NCBI GenBank assembly: GCA_963842185.1
Contig: CAWJFL010000007.1
Location: 145,176 to 209,175 of the forward strand
Direction: 5' to 3'
DNA length: 64,000 bases
DNA from: an uncultured Verrucomicrobiae bacterium
Lineage (GTDB): Bacteria; Verrucomicrobiota; Verrucomicrobiia; Palsa-1439
Below are positions 1-10,888 of this stretch, in pieces. The notes below the pieces were generated by a model that was not told the DNA's origin, searched no databases, and saw nothing but the letters and a program-made list of their open reading frames with translations. Made by a program: the position numbers and the translations under genes. The first letter of the stretch is position 1; each line of letters opens with the position of its first letter.

Positions 1-1196
1 TCAGCAACGAGGAAGGTCGGGAGTTGGAGCGGTATTCGGTGGTGGTGGGCGCTGAAATCGCGGCCGCTGATGGCGGTCGGGTCAAGAAGGGCGACGTTTT
101 CGTTCAGTGGGATCCGTACAACGTCCCTGTGCTTTCGGAAGTCGCGGGCGTGGTCAAGTTCCACGACCTGATCGAAGGCATCACGGTCAAGCGCGAGCTG
201 GATGAGGCCACCGGCCTCATGGGCACGGTCGTCATCGAACACAAGGAAGACCTGCATCCACAAGTCAACCTCGTGAACGACGTGGGCGAAGTGATCGCCT
301 TCTACGCGATTCCCGCGGGGGCGCATATCGTGGTGGAAGAGGGCGTCCGCACCGAGCCGGGCGCGCTCGTCGCCAAGACGCCGCGAAAGGTTTTCAAGAC
401 CAAGGACATCACAGGTGGTCTGCCGCGCGTGGCGGAATTGTTCGAGGCGCGCCGTCCCAAGGACGCGGCCGAGATCGCCAAGATCGATGGCATCGTGGAC
501 TTTGCCGGCACCGTACGCGGCAAGCGCCGGATTATTGTGAAGGATCCGAAGACCGGGGCGGAGGAAGAGCATCTCATTCCGCACTCGAAACACATCATTG
601 TGTTCCGGGGCGACTCCGTGAAGAAAGGTCAGCAACTCACCGAGGGCCCCGTGGTTCCGCACGAAATCCTCGAAGTGTGCGGGCCGCAGGATTTGCAGGA
701 GTATCTTGTCAACGATGTCCAGGAGGTCTACCGCCTCCAAGGTGTCGAGATCAACGATAAGCATATCGAGATCATCGTCCGCCAGATGCTGCGGAAAGTT
801 CGCATCGTTGATCCCGGTGACACTCGCTTTCTCTGGGGTGACCAGATCGACAAGGTGACGTTTGAAGAAGAGAACAAGCGAGTGGCGGAAGCGGGCGGCA
901 AGCCAGCCGAAGCCCAACCTGTGTTGCTGGGTATCACCAAGGCGTCATTGGAAACAGAGTCGTTCATCAGTGCGGCATCGTTCCAGGACACCACGCGCGT
1001 CCTCACCGAGGCGGCGACGCTTGGACGGGTTGATCACCTGCGCGGGTTTAAAGAGAATGTCATCATGGGGCACTTGATTCCAGCCGGAACGGGCTTTGGG
1101 AAGCATCGGGGGCTCAAATTGGTGCCCTTGGCGGAGCCGGTCGAGCCGCCGCGGGAAGAGCGGATTGAGCCCCTAGCAGAGGAGGCGGCCATCTAG
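1..1196 (+). CDS. rpoC: DNA-directed RNA polymerase beta' subunit, C-terminal part (5' end lies outside the window)
   Basis: The frame is open from the window edge. The C-terminal motifs [31 protein letters not shown] and [12 protein letters not shown] are typical of RpoC, and the gene sits upstream of rpsL. Confidence 0.9.
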   Translation, partial: SNEEGRELERYSVVVGAEIAAADGGRVKKGDVFVQWDPYNVPVLSEVAGVVKFHDLIEGITVKRELDEATGLMGTVVIEHKEDLHPQVNLVNDVGEVIAFYAIPAGAHIVVEEGVRTEPGALVAKTPRKVFKTKDITGGLPRVAELFEARRPKDAAEIAKIDGIVDFAGTVRGKRRIIVKDPKTGAEEEHLIPHSKHIIVFRGDSVKKGQQLTEGPVVPHEILEVCGPQDLQEYLVNDVQEVYRLQGVEINDKHIEIIVRQMLRKVRIVDPGDTRFLWGDQIDKVTFEEENKRVAEAGGKPAEAQPVLLGITKASLETESFISAASFQDTTRVLTEAATLGRVDHLRGFKENVIMGHLIPAGTGFGKHRGLKLVPLAEPVEPPREERIEPLAEEAAI

Positions 1197-1290
1197 CGGG
1201 TGCCGCAAAAGGGCTTGCGTATGAGGAGTGTGTGTGATAGTTTTCGCGCTCCTTGCCTCACCCGCATGGAGGCGGTCAAAGGATTAAGAA

Positions 1291-1683
1291 ATGCCGACAA
1301 TTAACCAACTGGTTCGCAAGGGGCGGCGCCAACTAAAGGCGAAGTCGAAGGCGCCGGCGCTGGGGTCGTGTCCCCAACGGCGGGGGGTGTGTCTGCAGGT
1401 CATGACGCGCACGCCGAAGAAGCCGAACTCGGCGTTGCGGAAAGTCGCCAAAGTGCGTCTGACGAATGGCGTGGAAGTGATCGCGTACATTCCGGATGAA
1501 GGCCACAACCTGCAGGAGCACTCGATTGTGCTCGTGCGCGGTGGACGCGTGAAGGATTTGCCTGGAGTGCGGTATCACATTGTCCGTGGCACACTGGACG
1601 CGATGGGGGTCGAGAAACGCCGGCGGAGCCGGAGCAAGTATGGCGTCAAACGTCCGAAGGACACAGGCGCGAAGGCTGCCTGA
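1291..1683 (+). CDS. rpsL: 30S ribosomal protein S12
   Basis: [39 protein letters not shown] is the canonical S12 sequence. Confidence 0.97.
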   Translation: MPTINQLVRKGRRQLKAKSKAPALGSCPQRRGVCLQVMTRTPKKPNSALRKVAKVRLTNGVEVIAYIPDEGHNLQEHSIVLVRGGRVKDLPGVRYHIVRGTLDAMGVEKRRRSRSKYGVKRPKDTGAKAA

Positions 1684-1704
1684 CAGAATTGAGATATTTC
1701 GAGT

Positions 1705-2175
1705 ATGCGTAGACGACGAGCAGATCGACGACCGAGAATCCGTGACGTTCGCTTTAACAGCGAGACGGTGACGCGGTTGATCACGTGTATCATGCAGAGC
1801 GGAAAGAAATCCGTGGCCGAGCGCATCGTGTATGGCGCGTTTGACCGCATTGCGGAGAAGGCCAAGGACAAGAATCCTCTCGACGTGTTGCAGACGGCGT
1901 TGGAGAATGTGAAGCCGAGGCTCGAGGTCAAATCGCGCCGCGTCGGTGGCGCGAATTATCAGGTGCCGGTCGAGGTTTCGACCGACCGCCAGGAAGCCCT
2001 GGCGATGCGCTGGATGATCCAGTATGCGGGTGCCCGCAAGGGCACGGCCATGACCGATGCCCTGGCGGCAGAAATTTTGGACGCGTCCAATAATACGGGC
2101 GCATCCGTCAAAAAGCGCGAAGACACGCACAAGATGGCGCAGGCCAATCGTGCGTTTGCCCACTACCGCTGGTAG
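1705..2175 (+). CDS. rpsG: 30S ribosomal protein S7
   Basis: 156 aa with GKKSVAERIVYGAF, VEVKSRRVGGANYQVPVEV and a KMAQANRAFAHYRW tail. It holds the str operon position. Confidence 0.95.
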   Translation: MRRRRADRRPRIRDVRFNSETVTRLITCIMQSGKKSVAERIVYGAFDRIAEKAKDKNPLDVLQTALENVKPRLEVKSRRVGGANYQVPVEVSTDRQEALAMRWMIQYAGARKGTAMTDALAAEILDASNNTGASVKKREDTHKMAQANRAFAHYRW

Positions 2176-2265
2176 TCCGGAGGGAATTCAACTCTGTGGG
2201 ACGAGTCACGGTTGTGCTTTCGTGTCATTTGGTAGAAAACGAAGAGTCGTACAAATAAAGAAACA

Positions 2266-4422
2266 ATGCAGGCCGTGTTAGAACAACCGAAACAGACAGC
2301 CCAGCAGAAGGCGAGATCGACGCCGGGCAGACTGGTGCCGTTGGAACGCACCCGAAACATCGGGATTTGCGCGCACATCGACGCCGGCAAGACGACGACG
2401 ACCGAACGCATCCTGTTTTACACCGGTAAAGTGTACAAGGTCGGTGAGGTGCACGAAGGCACGGCGACCATGGACTGGATGGAGCAGGAACGCGAGCGCG
2501 GAATCACGATCACCAGTGCGGCGACGACCTGCTTCTGGCGCGAGCATCGCGTCAATATTATTGATACACCCGGCCATGTGGATTTCACCGTCGAAGTCGA
2601 ACGCAGTTTGCGCGTGCTGGATGGCGCCTGTGCGGTGTTCTGTGCCGTCGGCGGTGTCGAACCCCAGTCCGAGACAGTTTGGCGTCAGGCCAACAAGTAC
2701 AAGGTGCCGCGCATCGCGTTCGTCAACAAGATGGATCGTACGGGCGCGGACTTTGAGGCTGCGGTCGCCCAGATGCGGGAGCGTTTGGCAGCCAATGCGG
2801 TGCCCATTCAGATCCCGATCGGCAAGGAAGCGGATTTCAAGGGAATCATCGACCTCGTCAAGATGAAGGCTGTGACCTGGTCGGGCGAGGAACTTGGCGC
2901 GCAGTTCGACGTCGTGGACATTCCGGCCGACCTGAAGGCTGCCGCCGATGCGGCGCACGCCAGGCTCGTCGAAGCGGTTTCCGAAAAGGACGAGGAGTTG
3001 ATGCACCTGTTCCTGGAAGGCAAGGAGATCAATCAGCAGCAACTTCAGGCGGGAATCCGCCGGCTGACGATCAACAACGAATTGGTGCCCGTGATTTGTG
3101 GCGCCGCTTTCAAGAACAAGGGTGTGCAACCCCTGCTCGATGCCGTGGTCGATTACCTGCCTTCGCCCCTCGATATTCCTGACATTGTTGGCACCAATCC
3201 AGATTCCAAACAGCCGGAGACGCGCTCGTCCGATGACAACGGCCCGTTCTGTGCGTTGGCATTCAAGATCTGGACCGATCCGTACGCGGGCCGATTGATT
3301 TTCTTCCGTGTCTACTCCGGCAGGGTGACCAAGGGCATGACGGTTTACAATCCGCGCAACAACAAGCGGGAGCGCATCGGCCGCCTGCTGGAGATGCACG
3401 CCAACCATCGGCAGGAAATCGACGTGTGTTACTCGGGTGACATTGGAGCGCTCGTAGGTCTAAAGAACGTCACGACGGGCGACACGGTTTCGGACGATGA
3501 CCATCCGATCCTGCTGGAGTCGATCACGTTTCCCGAACCTGTTATTTCCATGGCCATCGAGCCGAACACGAAGGCGGACCGCGACAAGATGTCCACCGCG
3601 TTGCAACGACTCGCCGAAGAAGATCCCACGTTTCGCCTCACGACCGATCAGGAGACCGGCCAGACCATCATTTCCGGGATGGGCGAGTTGCACTTGGACA
3701 TTATCAAAGATCGCATGTTTCGAGAGTTCAACGTTGGCGCTACGGCAGGCAAACCGCAGGTCGCCTATCGCGAAACCATCACCAAATCCGCCGAGGCTGA
3801 AGGCAAATTTATCCGCCAATCGGGTGGTCGTGGGCAATACGGACACGCCGTCGTCACCGTCCAGCCTGGTGAAAAGGGCAGCGGCATCGTAGTTGAGGAT
3901 GAGATTGTCGGCGGCGCAATTCCGAGGGAATACATTGGCGCCGTTGAAGACGGCATTATCGAAGCCGCGCAGACAGGTGTGCTGGGCGGGTATCCGATGG
4001 TGGACATTAAAATCCAGATTATCGACGGCACATTCCATGAAGTCGACAGTTCCGAGATCGCGTTCAAGATGGCGGGGAGCTTTGCCTTCAAGGAAGCCGC
4101 CCGCAAGGCGGGGGCGATCATGCTCGAGCCAATCATGGACGTTGAAGCCATCACGCCCGAGGAGCACATGGGCGATGTGGTGGGAGACCTCAACAGCCGC
4201 CGCGGCAAGATCAGCCATATCGAGTCGCGTGCGACCTCGACAATTGTTCATGCGACGGTTCCGTTGGCCGAGATGTTCGGATATGCCACGGCATTGCGGT
4301 CGTTGACCAAGGGGCGCGCCAGTTATTCGATGGAGCCGGCCGCCTTTGAAAGAGTGCCCGAAAGCATTCTCGCGCAGATCCTCGACCAGAACGGCACTCC
4401 GAAGGGCGGAACAAAGAAATGA
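2266..4422 (+). CDS. fusA: Elongation factor G
   Basis: [24 protein letters not shown] and DTPGHVDFT GTPase motifs, with full-length EF-G similarity. Its stop overlaps the rpsJ start (ATGA). Confidence 0.97.
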   Translation: MQAVLEQPKQTAQQKARSTPGRLVPLERTRNIGICAHIDAGKTTTTERILFYTGKVYKVGEVHEGTATMDWMEQERERGITITSAATTCFWREHRVNIIDTPGHVDFTVEVERSLRVLDGACAVFCAVGGVEPQSETVWRQANKYKVPRIAFVNKMDRTGADFEAAVAQMRERLAANAVPIQIPIGKEADFKGIIDLVKMKAVTWSGEELGAQFDVVDIPADLKAAADAAHARLVEAVSEKDEELMHLFLEGKEINQQQLQAGIRRLTINNELVPVICGAAFKNKGVQPLLDAVVDYLPSPLDIPDIVGTNPDSKQPETRSSDDNGPFCALAFKIWTDPYAGRLIFFRVYSGRVTKGMTVYNPRNNKRERIGRLLEMHANHRQEIDVCYSGDIGALVGLKNVTTGDTVSDDDHPILLESITFPEPVISMAIEPNTKADRDKMSTALQRLAEEDPTFRLTTDQETGQTIISGMGELHLDIIKDRMFREFNVGATAGKPQVAYRETITKSAEAEGKFIRQSGGRGQYGHAVVTVQPGEKGSGIVVEDEIVGGAIPREYIGAVEDGIIEAAQTGVLGGYPMVDIKIQIIDGTFHEVDSSEIAFKMAGSFAFKEAARKAGAIMLEPIMDVEAITPEEHMGDVVGDLNSRRGKISHIESRATSTIVHATVPLAEMFGYATALRSLTKGRASYSMEPAAFERVPESILAQILDQNGTPKGGTKK

Positions 4423-4727
4423 ATAATCAGCGTATCAGAATCCGTCTCAAGGGCTACGACCATCGATTGCTCGATCAGTCGGCGCACGACATTGTGGAAA
4501 CAGCCAAGCGGACCGGCGCCAAGGTGGCGGGACCGATCCCGTTGCCCACGGACATTTGGCGGCACTCGGTCAACCGCTCGCCGCATGCCGACAAGAAGTC
4601 GATGGAGCAATTTGAAATGCGGACGCACAAGCGATTGCTCGACATTATTGATCCCACGGCCAAGACAGTGGACGAATTGAAGAAACTGAACCTTCCCGCC
4701 GGGGTCGATATCACCATCAAGATTTAG
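4419..4727 (+). CDS. rpsJ: 30S ribosomal protein S10
   Basis: [33 protein letters not shown] is canonical S10. Confidence 0.97.
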   Translation: MNNQRIRIRLKGYDHRLLDQSAHDIVETAKRTGAKVAGPIPLPTDIWRHSVNRSPHADKKSMEQFEMRTHKRLLDIIDPTAKTVDELKKLNLPAGVDITIKI

Positions 4728-4729
4728 TC

Positions 4730-5386
4730 ATGGAACTACTCGGAACAAAAATTGGCATGGCGCAACTGTTCGACGCGAACGGCAATTTCGTCGGGGTTAC
4801 GGTGATTGAGTTGGGACCATGCACGGTGCTGCAGAAAAAGACGCCCGAAAACGACGGTTATCACGCCGTGCAAATCGGCTTGGGAACACGCAAGGAGAAA
4901 AGCGCCTCCAAGGCATTGGTTGGTCATTGCAAGAAAGCCAACGCTACGCCCGCTCGGTTTATTCGTGAGTACCGCACGGAGGAGCCCGTACAATTTAGTG
5001 TCGGCGATAAAATCACCGTGAAAGAATTTCAGCCCGGTCAATACGTGGACGTGATTGGAACGGGGAAAGGCAAGGGCTTTCAGGGTGTTGTCAGACGGCA
5101 TAAGTTCGCCGGTGGCGATATGACTCACGGCGCGAAGGGTTGGCATCGCCGGTCGGGCGCGATCGGGCAACGTTTGTTCCCCGGGCGGGTGTTCCGAAAT
5201 ATGAGGATGCCAGGTCACATGGGGGATCGCACCGTGACGACGCAGAATCTGCGCGTGGTTCAGGTACGTGAATCCGAGAATTTGCTCCTCGTGGAGGGTG
5301 CGGTGCCAGGGGCGACAGGCGCGTTTGTCGTGGTTCGTCACGCCATAAAGAAAACGAAGCCGGCAGCAAAGGCAGCGAAATCATGA
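4730..5386 (+). CDS. rplC: 50S ribosomal protein L3
   Basis: LLGTKIGMAQLFD..GKGFQGVVRRHKFAGG matches L3, and the S10 operon order fits. Confidence 0.95.
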   Translation: MELLGTKIGMAQLFDANGNFVGVTVIELGPCTVLQKKTPENDGYHAVQIGLGTRKEKSASKALVGHCKKANATPARFIREYRTEEPVQFSVGDKITVKEFQPGQYVDVIGTGKGKGFQGVVRRHKFAGGDMTHGAKGWHRRSGAIGQRLFPGRVFRNMRMPGHMGDRTVTTQNLRVVQVRESENLLLVEGAVPGATGAFVVVRHAIKKTKPAAKAAKS

Positions 5387-6021
5387 AGCTGTCCGTCATT
5401 AACACATCCGGTCAGGCCAAGGGCGAAGTAGAATTTGCTGACGAGTTGTTGGTCAAGGACGGCAAGGGAACTCAGGCAGTCCATGACACGGTGACAGCGT
5501 ACATGGCAAACCAACGCCTCGGCACGGCCAGCACGAAGCAAATCAGCGAAGTGCACGGTAGCGGTAAGAAACCATGGAAGCAGAAGGGCACGGGCCGGGC
5601 ACGGGCGGGATCGTTCGCTTCCCCGTTGTGGCGTGGTGGCGGTGTGGTGTTCGGGCCGAAACCGCGCGATTACACGATCAATGTCCCGAAGAAGGTTAAG
5701 GCATTGGCCTTCCGCAAGGCGCTGAGCGAGCGCCTGCTGGCTGGTGATGTTGTGGTGGTTGACGAACTGAAGCTGGCCAGCCACAAGACCAAGGATTTTG
5801 CAGGAATCATGGCAACGATCGGCGCGAAGGACAATGCGCCCACGCTCGTCGTGACGGATCAGGTGGACCGCAACCTGAAGCTGGCGTCGCGGAACGTACC
5901 GAATGTCCAGATCGAACCGGCCGATTCTGTAAATGTCTATGAGCTGTTGCGCTTTGAGAGAATTGTTACGACGAAAGCCGCGCTCGACAAACTGGGTGCT
6001 CGTTTGGGGCAGGGCCGATGA
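5383..6021 (+). CDS. rplD: 50S ribosomal protein L4
   Basis: KKPWKQKGTGRARAGS..PLWRGGGVVFGPKPRDY is the L4 core. The start overlaps the rplC stop. Confidence 0.93.
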   Translation: MKLSVINTSGQAKGEVEFADELLVKDGKGTQAVHDTVTAYMANQRLGTASTKQISEVHGSGKKPWKQKGTGRARAGSFASPLWRGGGVVFGPKPRDYTINVPKKVKALAFRKALSERLLAGDVVVVDELKLASHKTKDFAGIMATIGAKDNAPTLVVTDQVDRNLKLASRNVPNVQIEPADSVNVYELLRFERIVTTKAALDKLGARLGQGR

Positions 6022-6302
6022 AGGATCCCTATACAGTGGTCAAGACCGTGCGCGTCACGGAAAAGGGCAGCGCCCAAACGGAAGCACTGAACCAATACCA
6101 GGTCGTGGTCGAGAAGCACGCGAACAAGATCGATGTTAAACGCGCGGTCGAGCAGTTGTTCAAGGTGAAGGTGCTGCGCGTGAACACGCTGAACGTTCGC
6201 GGCAAGGCACGGCGGGAGCGCACCGTGCAGTTTGGACGAACTCCTGCCTGGAAAAAAGCGATCGTCACTCTCAAAGAGGGTGACAAGATTGAATTGGCAT
6301 AG
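6018..6302 (+). CDS. rplW: 50S ribosomal protein L23
   Basis: 94 aa with a VRVTEKGS..KAIVTLKEGDKIEL pattern, in the position between rplD and rplB. Confidence 0.93.
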   Translation: MKDPYTVVKTVRVTEKGSAQTEALNQYQVVVEKHANKIDVKRAVEQLFKVKVLRVNTLNVRGKARRERTVQFGRTPAWKKAIVTLKEGDKIELA

Positions 6303-6308
6303 CGATTT

Positions 6309-7145
6309 ATGGGACTTAAAACTTTCAGACCGTTGACACCGTCGCTACGCGGCACCGTGTTGTCTGATTTCTCGGAAATCACGAAGCACACGCCGGAAGC
6401 GAAGCTGACAGTGGCCAAGCGCAAGACCGGCGGCCGCAACAACGTCGGACGCATGACGGCGCGCGGCATTGGCGGCGGCCACAAGCAACGCTACCGGATC
6501 ATTGATTTCAAGCGCGACAAGATGGGCGTGGAGGCAACAGTCGAAGCGATCGAGTACGATCCGAACCGTTCGGCTCGCATTGCGTTGTTGAAGTACAAGG
6601 ATGGCGAGAGACGCTACATTTTGGCACCGATTGGTCTCGCCGTTGGTGCCAAAGTGATGAGTGGCCCGGACGCCGAACTGTCGGTCGGCAACGCACTCCC
6701 CTTGAAGAAGATCATTCCCGGAATGCCGATCCATAATATTGAACTGCACCGTGGACACGGCGGACAGATTTGCCGCAGCGCGGGTGGGGCGGCGCAAATC
6801 ACCGCGAGCGAAGGCGACTTTGTGACGGTCAAGTTGCCGTCGAGCGAGATTCGCCTCATCAACCGCGAGTGCTACGCGACGATCGGCCAGATTGGCAACA
6901 CGGATCATATCAATATCATGCTGGGAAAGGCCGGACGGAACCGTTGGTTGGGCCGGCGCGGCATTTCCCGCGGTATGGCCCGCAACCCGGTCGATCACCC
7001 GATGGGGGGTGGCCAGGGCAAGAGCAAGGGCGGTGGCGGATGGCATCACCCGTGTTCGCCGTGGGGCCTGCTGGCAAAGGGCGGCAAGACGCGCCGACGG
7101 AAGAAGTATTCGAACTCGATGATCTTGGAGAGAAGGAAGAAATAA
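6309..7145 (+). CDS. rplB: 50S ribosomal protein L2
   Basis: [54 protein letters not shown] is canonical L2. Confidence 0.97.
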   Translation: MGLKTFRPLTPSLRGTVLSDFSEITKHTPEAKLTVAKRKTGGRNNVGRMTARGIGGGHKQRYRIIDFKRDKMGVEATVEAIEYDPNRSARIALLKYKDGERRYILAPIGLAVGAKVMSGPDAELSVGNALPLKKIIPGMPIHNIELHRGHGGQICRSAGGAAQITASEGDFVTVKLPSSEIRLINRECYATIGQIGNTDHINIMLGKAGRNRWLGRRGISRGMARNPVDHPMGGGQGKSKGGGGWHHPCSPWGLLAKGGKTRRRKKYSNSMILERRKK

Positions 7146-7424
7146 ATGGGACGTTCCCTAAAAAAAGGCCCGTTTGTCGACGATCATCTGATGGAGAAGG
7201 TCGAGACCATGCGGACGAGCGAGAAGAAGCCGATCAAGACGTGGTCACGGCGGTCGATGATTGTTCCGGAATTTGTAGGGCACACATTTTTGGTTCATAA
7301 CGGCAAGGTGCACACGCCGGTGTTCGTGACGGAAAACATGGTCGGGCATCGTTTGGGCGAGTTCGCGCCGACGCGCACGTTCCGCGCCCACGGAGCCCAC
7401 ACTGAGAAGGCGGTCGCGAAGTAG
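7146..7424 (+). CDS. rpsS: 30S ribosomal protein S19
   Basis: [48 protein letters not shown] is canonical S19. Confidence 0.97.
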   Translation: MGRSLKKGPFVDDHLMEKVETMRTSEKKPIKTWSRRSMIVPEFVGHTFLVHNGKVHTPVFVTENMVGHRLGEFAPTRTFRAHGAHTEKAVAK

Positions 7425-7436
7425 CGCGGCCGGGAG

Positions 7437-8216
7437 TTGGTTGTGCCCGCACCTGGCACACGAACGGGAGTTTATGCGGTTTGCTTGTTCTTTATAGCGG
7501 TAGGGCTGTTGGCAGCCGAGGAAGCGCAGTTGTCATCGGCGGCGACAAATGCAGCCGTCGATGAGTTGCGTGCGCTGGTGAACAACCTGGGTGCCGACAA
7601 CCAGCGTCTCAAGACGGATTTGGAGCAGCGCGAGACGATCATTCGGCTGTTGACGGAGAATCTGGCTGTCGCACGGACCGAGAGCGAGCTGTTCCACAAG
7701 AAGTGGAGCGAGGCGCAACTGCGCGCGCAGACACTCGGCGTTGATTTTGCCGATAACAACGCGGCGCAGACGCAACGACAGTTGGCCGAGAGCGTACGCG
7801 CGTTGTATCTCGCGGACGTTGAGCGGCAACGGTTGGTGGCGCAGGTGCAGCGGCTTATCGAAGCCTTGCAAAAGCCAGGAGACGTCGCGGGTGAATTAGC
7901 CCGTACTAGGGCGCTGTTCGAGGCTGCGGATCGGTCGCTTTCGGGACGTACGACGAACAGCCAGACCCAGGGAGGACTGGGCGCTGCGACGGTGCTCGAT
8001 GTGAACCCGGACCTGCGGCTGGTAGTGTTGAATATCGGCCAGCTTCAGGGAGCGCGAATCGGGATGCCGATGGTGGTGATGCGCGGGGAACACGTTGTGG
8101 CGGAATTGAAAATTGTGGAAGTGCGACAGCGGATTTGCGGCGCGCTGATCGAACAGGTGAAAGAGGGCGTCACGCTAAAGACGGGAGACGTTGCCCGCGT
8201 GGCCAGGAACTCGTAA
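7437..8216 (+). CDS. Hypothetical membrane-anchored coiled-coil protein with a small C-terminal beta-rich domain (not a ribosomal protein)
   Basis: The ORF fills the entire rpsS-rplV gap on the operon strand. It has a non-ATG start (TTG 7437 or GTG 7443, the latter 6 nt after GGGAG). It has an N-terminal hydrophobic anchor VYAVCLFFIAVGLLAA, a long Q/E/R/L-rich helical segment, and a C-terminal module LRLVVLNIGQLQGARIGMPMVV..GDVARV. I recognise no family. Confidence 0.6.
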   Translation: MVVPAPGTRTGVYAVCLFFIAVGLLAAEEAQLSSAATNAAVDELRALVNNLGADNQRLKTDLEQRETIIRLLTENLAVARTESELFHKKWSEAQLRAQTLGVDFADNNAAQTQRQLAESVRALYLADVERQRLVAQVQRLIEALQKPGDVAGELARTRALFEAADRSLSGRTTNSQTQGGLGAATVLDVNPDLRLVVLNIGQLQGARIGMPMVVMRGEHVVAELKIVEVRQRICGALIEQVKEGVTLKTGDVARVARNS

Positions 8217-8231
8217 GTGTACATGTGATTT

Positions 8232-8567
8232 ATGGAAGTGAGAGCGACAACTAAATATGCGCGGATGAGTCCGTACAAGGTGGGCGAAGTGACGCGGCTG
8301 ATCCAGGGTTTGAGCGCATCAAATGCGTTGGAAGTGTTGCGGGCGATTCCGCGGAAGTCGGCCCGAATGATCGAGAAGACGCTGAAATCGGCGATTGCGA
8401 ACGCGACCAACAACGCCAGCCTGGCAGCGGACGCGCTGACAGTGAAGGAAGCGGTGGCCAACGAAGGGCCGCGTCTGAAACGTTGGCAGCCCAAGGCGCG
8501 AGGCAGCGCGGGACCGATTATCAAGCGGACCACACATATTCAGATTGTATTGACGGACGGACAATAA
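8232..8567 (+). CDS. rplV: 50S ribosomal protein L22
   Basis: ARMSPYKVGEVTRLIQG.. and GPRLKRWQPKARGSAGPIIKRTTHI are L22 motifs. Confidence 0.95.
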   Translation: MEVRATTKYARMSPYKVGEVTRLIQGLSASNALEVLRAIPRKSARMIEKTLKSAIANATNNASLAADALTVKEAVANEGPRLKRWQPKARGSAGPIIKRTTHIQIVLTDGQ

Positions 8568-8570
8568 TTT

Positions 8571-9254
8571 ATGGGACAAAAGACGAATCCAATAGGTTTT
8601 CGCGTGTCAGTCACCAAAGACTGGCTGTCGAAGTGGTATGCCGACAAGAAGGACTACGCGACGCTGTTGTTGGAAGACATCAAGATCCGGGAAATCGTAA
8701 AAAAGAAGCTGGCCTCGGCCGCCGTACCGAAAATCGCGATCGAGCGGTATGCGAACCGGGCCCGGATCACCATTTCGACCGCGCGCCCGGGGATTGTCAT
8801 CGGTCGCAAGGGCGCGGAAATCGACAAGTTGAAGGAAGAACTGACCGCGTTGACTGGTAAGGAAGTCTACGTGGATATCGTCGAGGTGAAGACGCCGGAA
8901 ACGGATGCCCAGCTCGTCGCGGAAAACATCGCTCTGCAACTGGAACGCCGGATCAGTTTTCGCCGCGCCATGAAGAAGGCTGTGCAGACCGCCATGGATT
9001 TCGGGGCGCAGGGCATCAAGGTGGCGTGCGGTGGACGGTTGGGAGGCGCCGAACTGGCCCGCCGCGAAAAGTATCGCGTCGGGAAAATCCCGCTGCACAC
9101 GTTGCGCGCGGATATCGATTACGGTTTTGCGGAAGCGCTGACGGTGTACGGGAAGATCGGCGTGAAAGTCTGGGTCTGCAAAGGCGAGCGACCCCTGCGG
9201 CCAGCGGTACAACCCCCGGCAGCGGTGCCCGTTGGTCCGGGCCCGGCGGCGTAG
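8571..9254 (+). CDS. rpsC: 30S ribosomal protein S3
   Basis: [12 protein letters not shown].., a KH-domain [11 protein letters not shown], and [11 protein letters not shown] are canonical S3. Confidence 0.97.
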   Translation: MGQKTNPIGFRVSVTKDWLSKWYADKKDYATLLLEDIKIREIVKKKLASAAVPKIAIERYANRARITISTARPGIVIGRKGAEIDKLKEELTALTGKEVYVDIVEVKTPETDAQLVAENIALQLERRISFRRAMKKAVQTAMDFGAQGIKVACGGRLGGAELARREKYRVGKIPLHTLRADIDYGFAEALTVYGKIGVKVWVCKGERPLRPAVQPPAAVPVGPGPAA

Positions 9255-9286
9255 CACGGACGAATTGATAGAAGGATTTCAAGACC

Positions 9287-9697
9287 ATGGCAATGATGCC
9301 CAGCAGAGTGAAGTATCGGAAATCCCAGCGCGGAAGCCGGACCGGCGTCGCGTGGCGCGGGGCCTCGGTTGCATTTGGGGAATATGGTTTGCAGGCGCTG
9401 GAGCGCGCGTGGGTGACCACGACGCAGATCGAGGCCTGTCGTGTCGCCTTATCGCGCAATATGAAGCGGCGTGGCAAGTTGTGGATCCGGGTGTTTCCGG
9501 ACAAGCCGATCACCAAGCGCCCGCCAGAGACGCGCATGGGCAAAGGCAAAGGTCCACCCGAGACCTGGGTGGTTGTCGTGCGACCGGGAAATGTGCTGTT
9601 TGAACTGGGTGGTGTGACGGAGGTCCTGGCCCGCGAGTCATTTCGGCTGGCGGCGTCGAAGTTGCCAATTGCAACGCGTTTTGTAGCAAGGCGATAG
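9287..9697 (+). CDS. rplP: 50S ribosomal protein L16
   Basis: [22 protein letters not shown] is canonical L16. The true start may be one of the first Met codons. Confidence 0.96.
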   Translation: MAMMPSRVKYRKSQRGSRTGVAWRGASVAFGEYGLQALERAWVTTTQIEACRVALSRNMKRRGKLWIRVFPDKPITKRPPETRMGKGKGPPETWVVVVRPGNVLFELGGVTEVLARESFRLAASKLPIATRFVARR

Positions 9698-9705
9698 CGA
9701 ACGAC

Positions 9706-9918
9706 ATGAAAGCCAAAGAAATCCGTGAGTTGACAGATGCAGAGGCGCAGGCCAAACTGCGTGATCTTCGGCAGGAAATGTTTAACCTGCGGCTCCAGCA
9801 GCAAACGGCTCGTCTCGAGCGTCCCAGCCGGATTCGCGAAGTGCGACGGGATATGGCGCGGCTTGAGACCGTATTGAGAGAGCGGCAGCTTCGACCGGCG
9901 ACGACGCCGGCCAAGTGA
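9706..9918 (+). CDS. rpmC: 50S ribosomal protein L29
   Basis: 70 aa with [18 protein letters not shown], in the position after rplP. Confidence 0.93.
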   Translation: MKAKEIRELTDAEAQAKLRDLRQEMFNLRLQQQTARLERPSRIREVRRDMARLETVLRERQLRPATTPAK

Positions 9919-10241
9919 TGACGCGAACAGCCGAACAATTTGGATTTATTATGGTGGAGACAGCGACAATCGAAAGCAAGAAGCGGGAATTGGTGGGCGA
10001 AGTTGTTGGCGACAAGATGGAAAAGACCATCGTGGTCGAAGTTGCCCGACGCGTTCGTCATCCCCGCTACCAGAAGGTCATGACGACCTACAAGAAGTTT
10101 TACGCACACGACGAAAAGAGTGAGGCGGGTATGGGGGACAAGGTGCGGATCGTTGAGTCGCGGCCCCTGAGCAAGCTCAAACGCTGGCGGTTGGTCGGCG
10201 TGGTGCAGAAGGCCGCGAGGATCGAGAAGGTCGACGTATGA
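9915..10241 (+). CDS. rpsQ: 30S ribosomal protein S17
   Basis: [48 protein letters not shown] is the S17 core. An alternative ATG at 9951 would give a more typical length. Confidence 0.93.
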   Translation: MMTRTAEQFGFIMVETATIESKKRELVGEVVGDKMEKTIVVEVARRVRHPRYQKVMTTYKKFYAHDEKSEAGMGDKVRIVESRPLSKLKRWRLVGVVQKAARIEKVDV

Positions 10242-10603
10242 TTCAGATTCGGACCCATTTGGACGTGGCGGACAATACCGGCGCGCGCGTAGCCTGGGCG
10301 ATCGGCGTTCTGGGACACCAGAAGCGGTATGCGCGGATCGGTGACGTCATCAAGGCGCACGTCAAGGAGGCCTCGCCCGATGGGACCGTAAAAAAGGGCG
10401 AGGTCGTGACCTGTGTGGTGGTGCGGACGAAGTCGCCCTTGCGACGCAACGATGGGTCCTACGTGCGATTCGACAATAACGCCGTGGTGATTATTGACGA
10501 CCAGTTGAATCCGAAAGGGACACGCATTTTCGGTCCCGTGGCGCGTGAGTTGCGTGACAAGAATTTTACAAAAATTATTTCGCTTGCTCCCGAGGTACTC
10601 TAG
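10238..10603 (+). CDS. rplN: 50S ribosomal protein L14
   Basis: [39 protein letters not shown] is canonical L14. Confidence 0.97.
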   Translation: MIQIRTHLDVADNTGARVAWAIGVLGHQKRYARIGDVIKAHVKEASPDGTVKKGEVVTCVVVRTKSPLRRNDGSYVRFDNNAVVIIDDQLNPKGTRIFGPVARELRDKNFTKIISLAPEVL

Positions 10604-10606
10604 GCC

Positions 10607-10888
10607 ATGAAGAATCTGGCAGTCAAAAAGGACGACATGGTTGTGGTGCTTTCGGGGGAGGACAAAGGGAAGGTCGGCCGGGTGCTGGCGGCATTTCCCG
10701 AAAAGCAACGCGTGTTGGTCGAGGGTATAAACGTGATCAGCAAGGCGTTGCGCAAGAGTCAGAACAATCCCAAGGGCGGCATCATTACCAAAGAAGGTCC
10801 GATTCACATTTCGAAAGTGATGAAACAGGATCGCCATGAAGCGCGGAAGAAGAAGCATGGGACCGCGCCCGCGGCCACAGAAGTATAA
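10607..10888 (+). CDS. rplX: 50S ribosomal protein L24
   Basis: A KOW motif ([21 protein letters not shown]) and spc operon order. Confidence 0.93.
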   Translation: MKNLAVKKDDMVVVLSGEDKGKVGRVLAAFPEKQRVLVEGINVISKALRKSQNNPKGGIITKEGPIHISKVMKQDRHEARKKKHGTAPAATEV

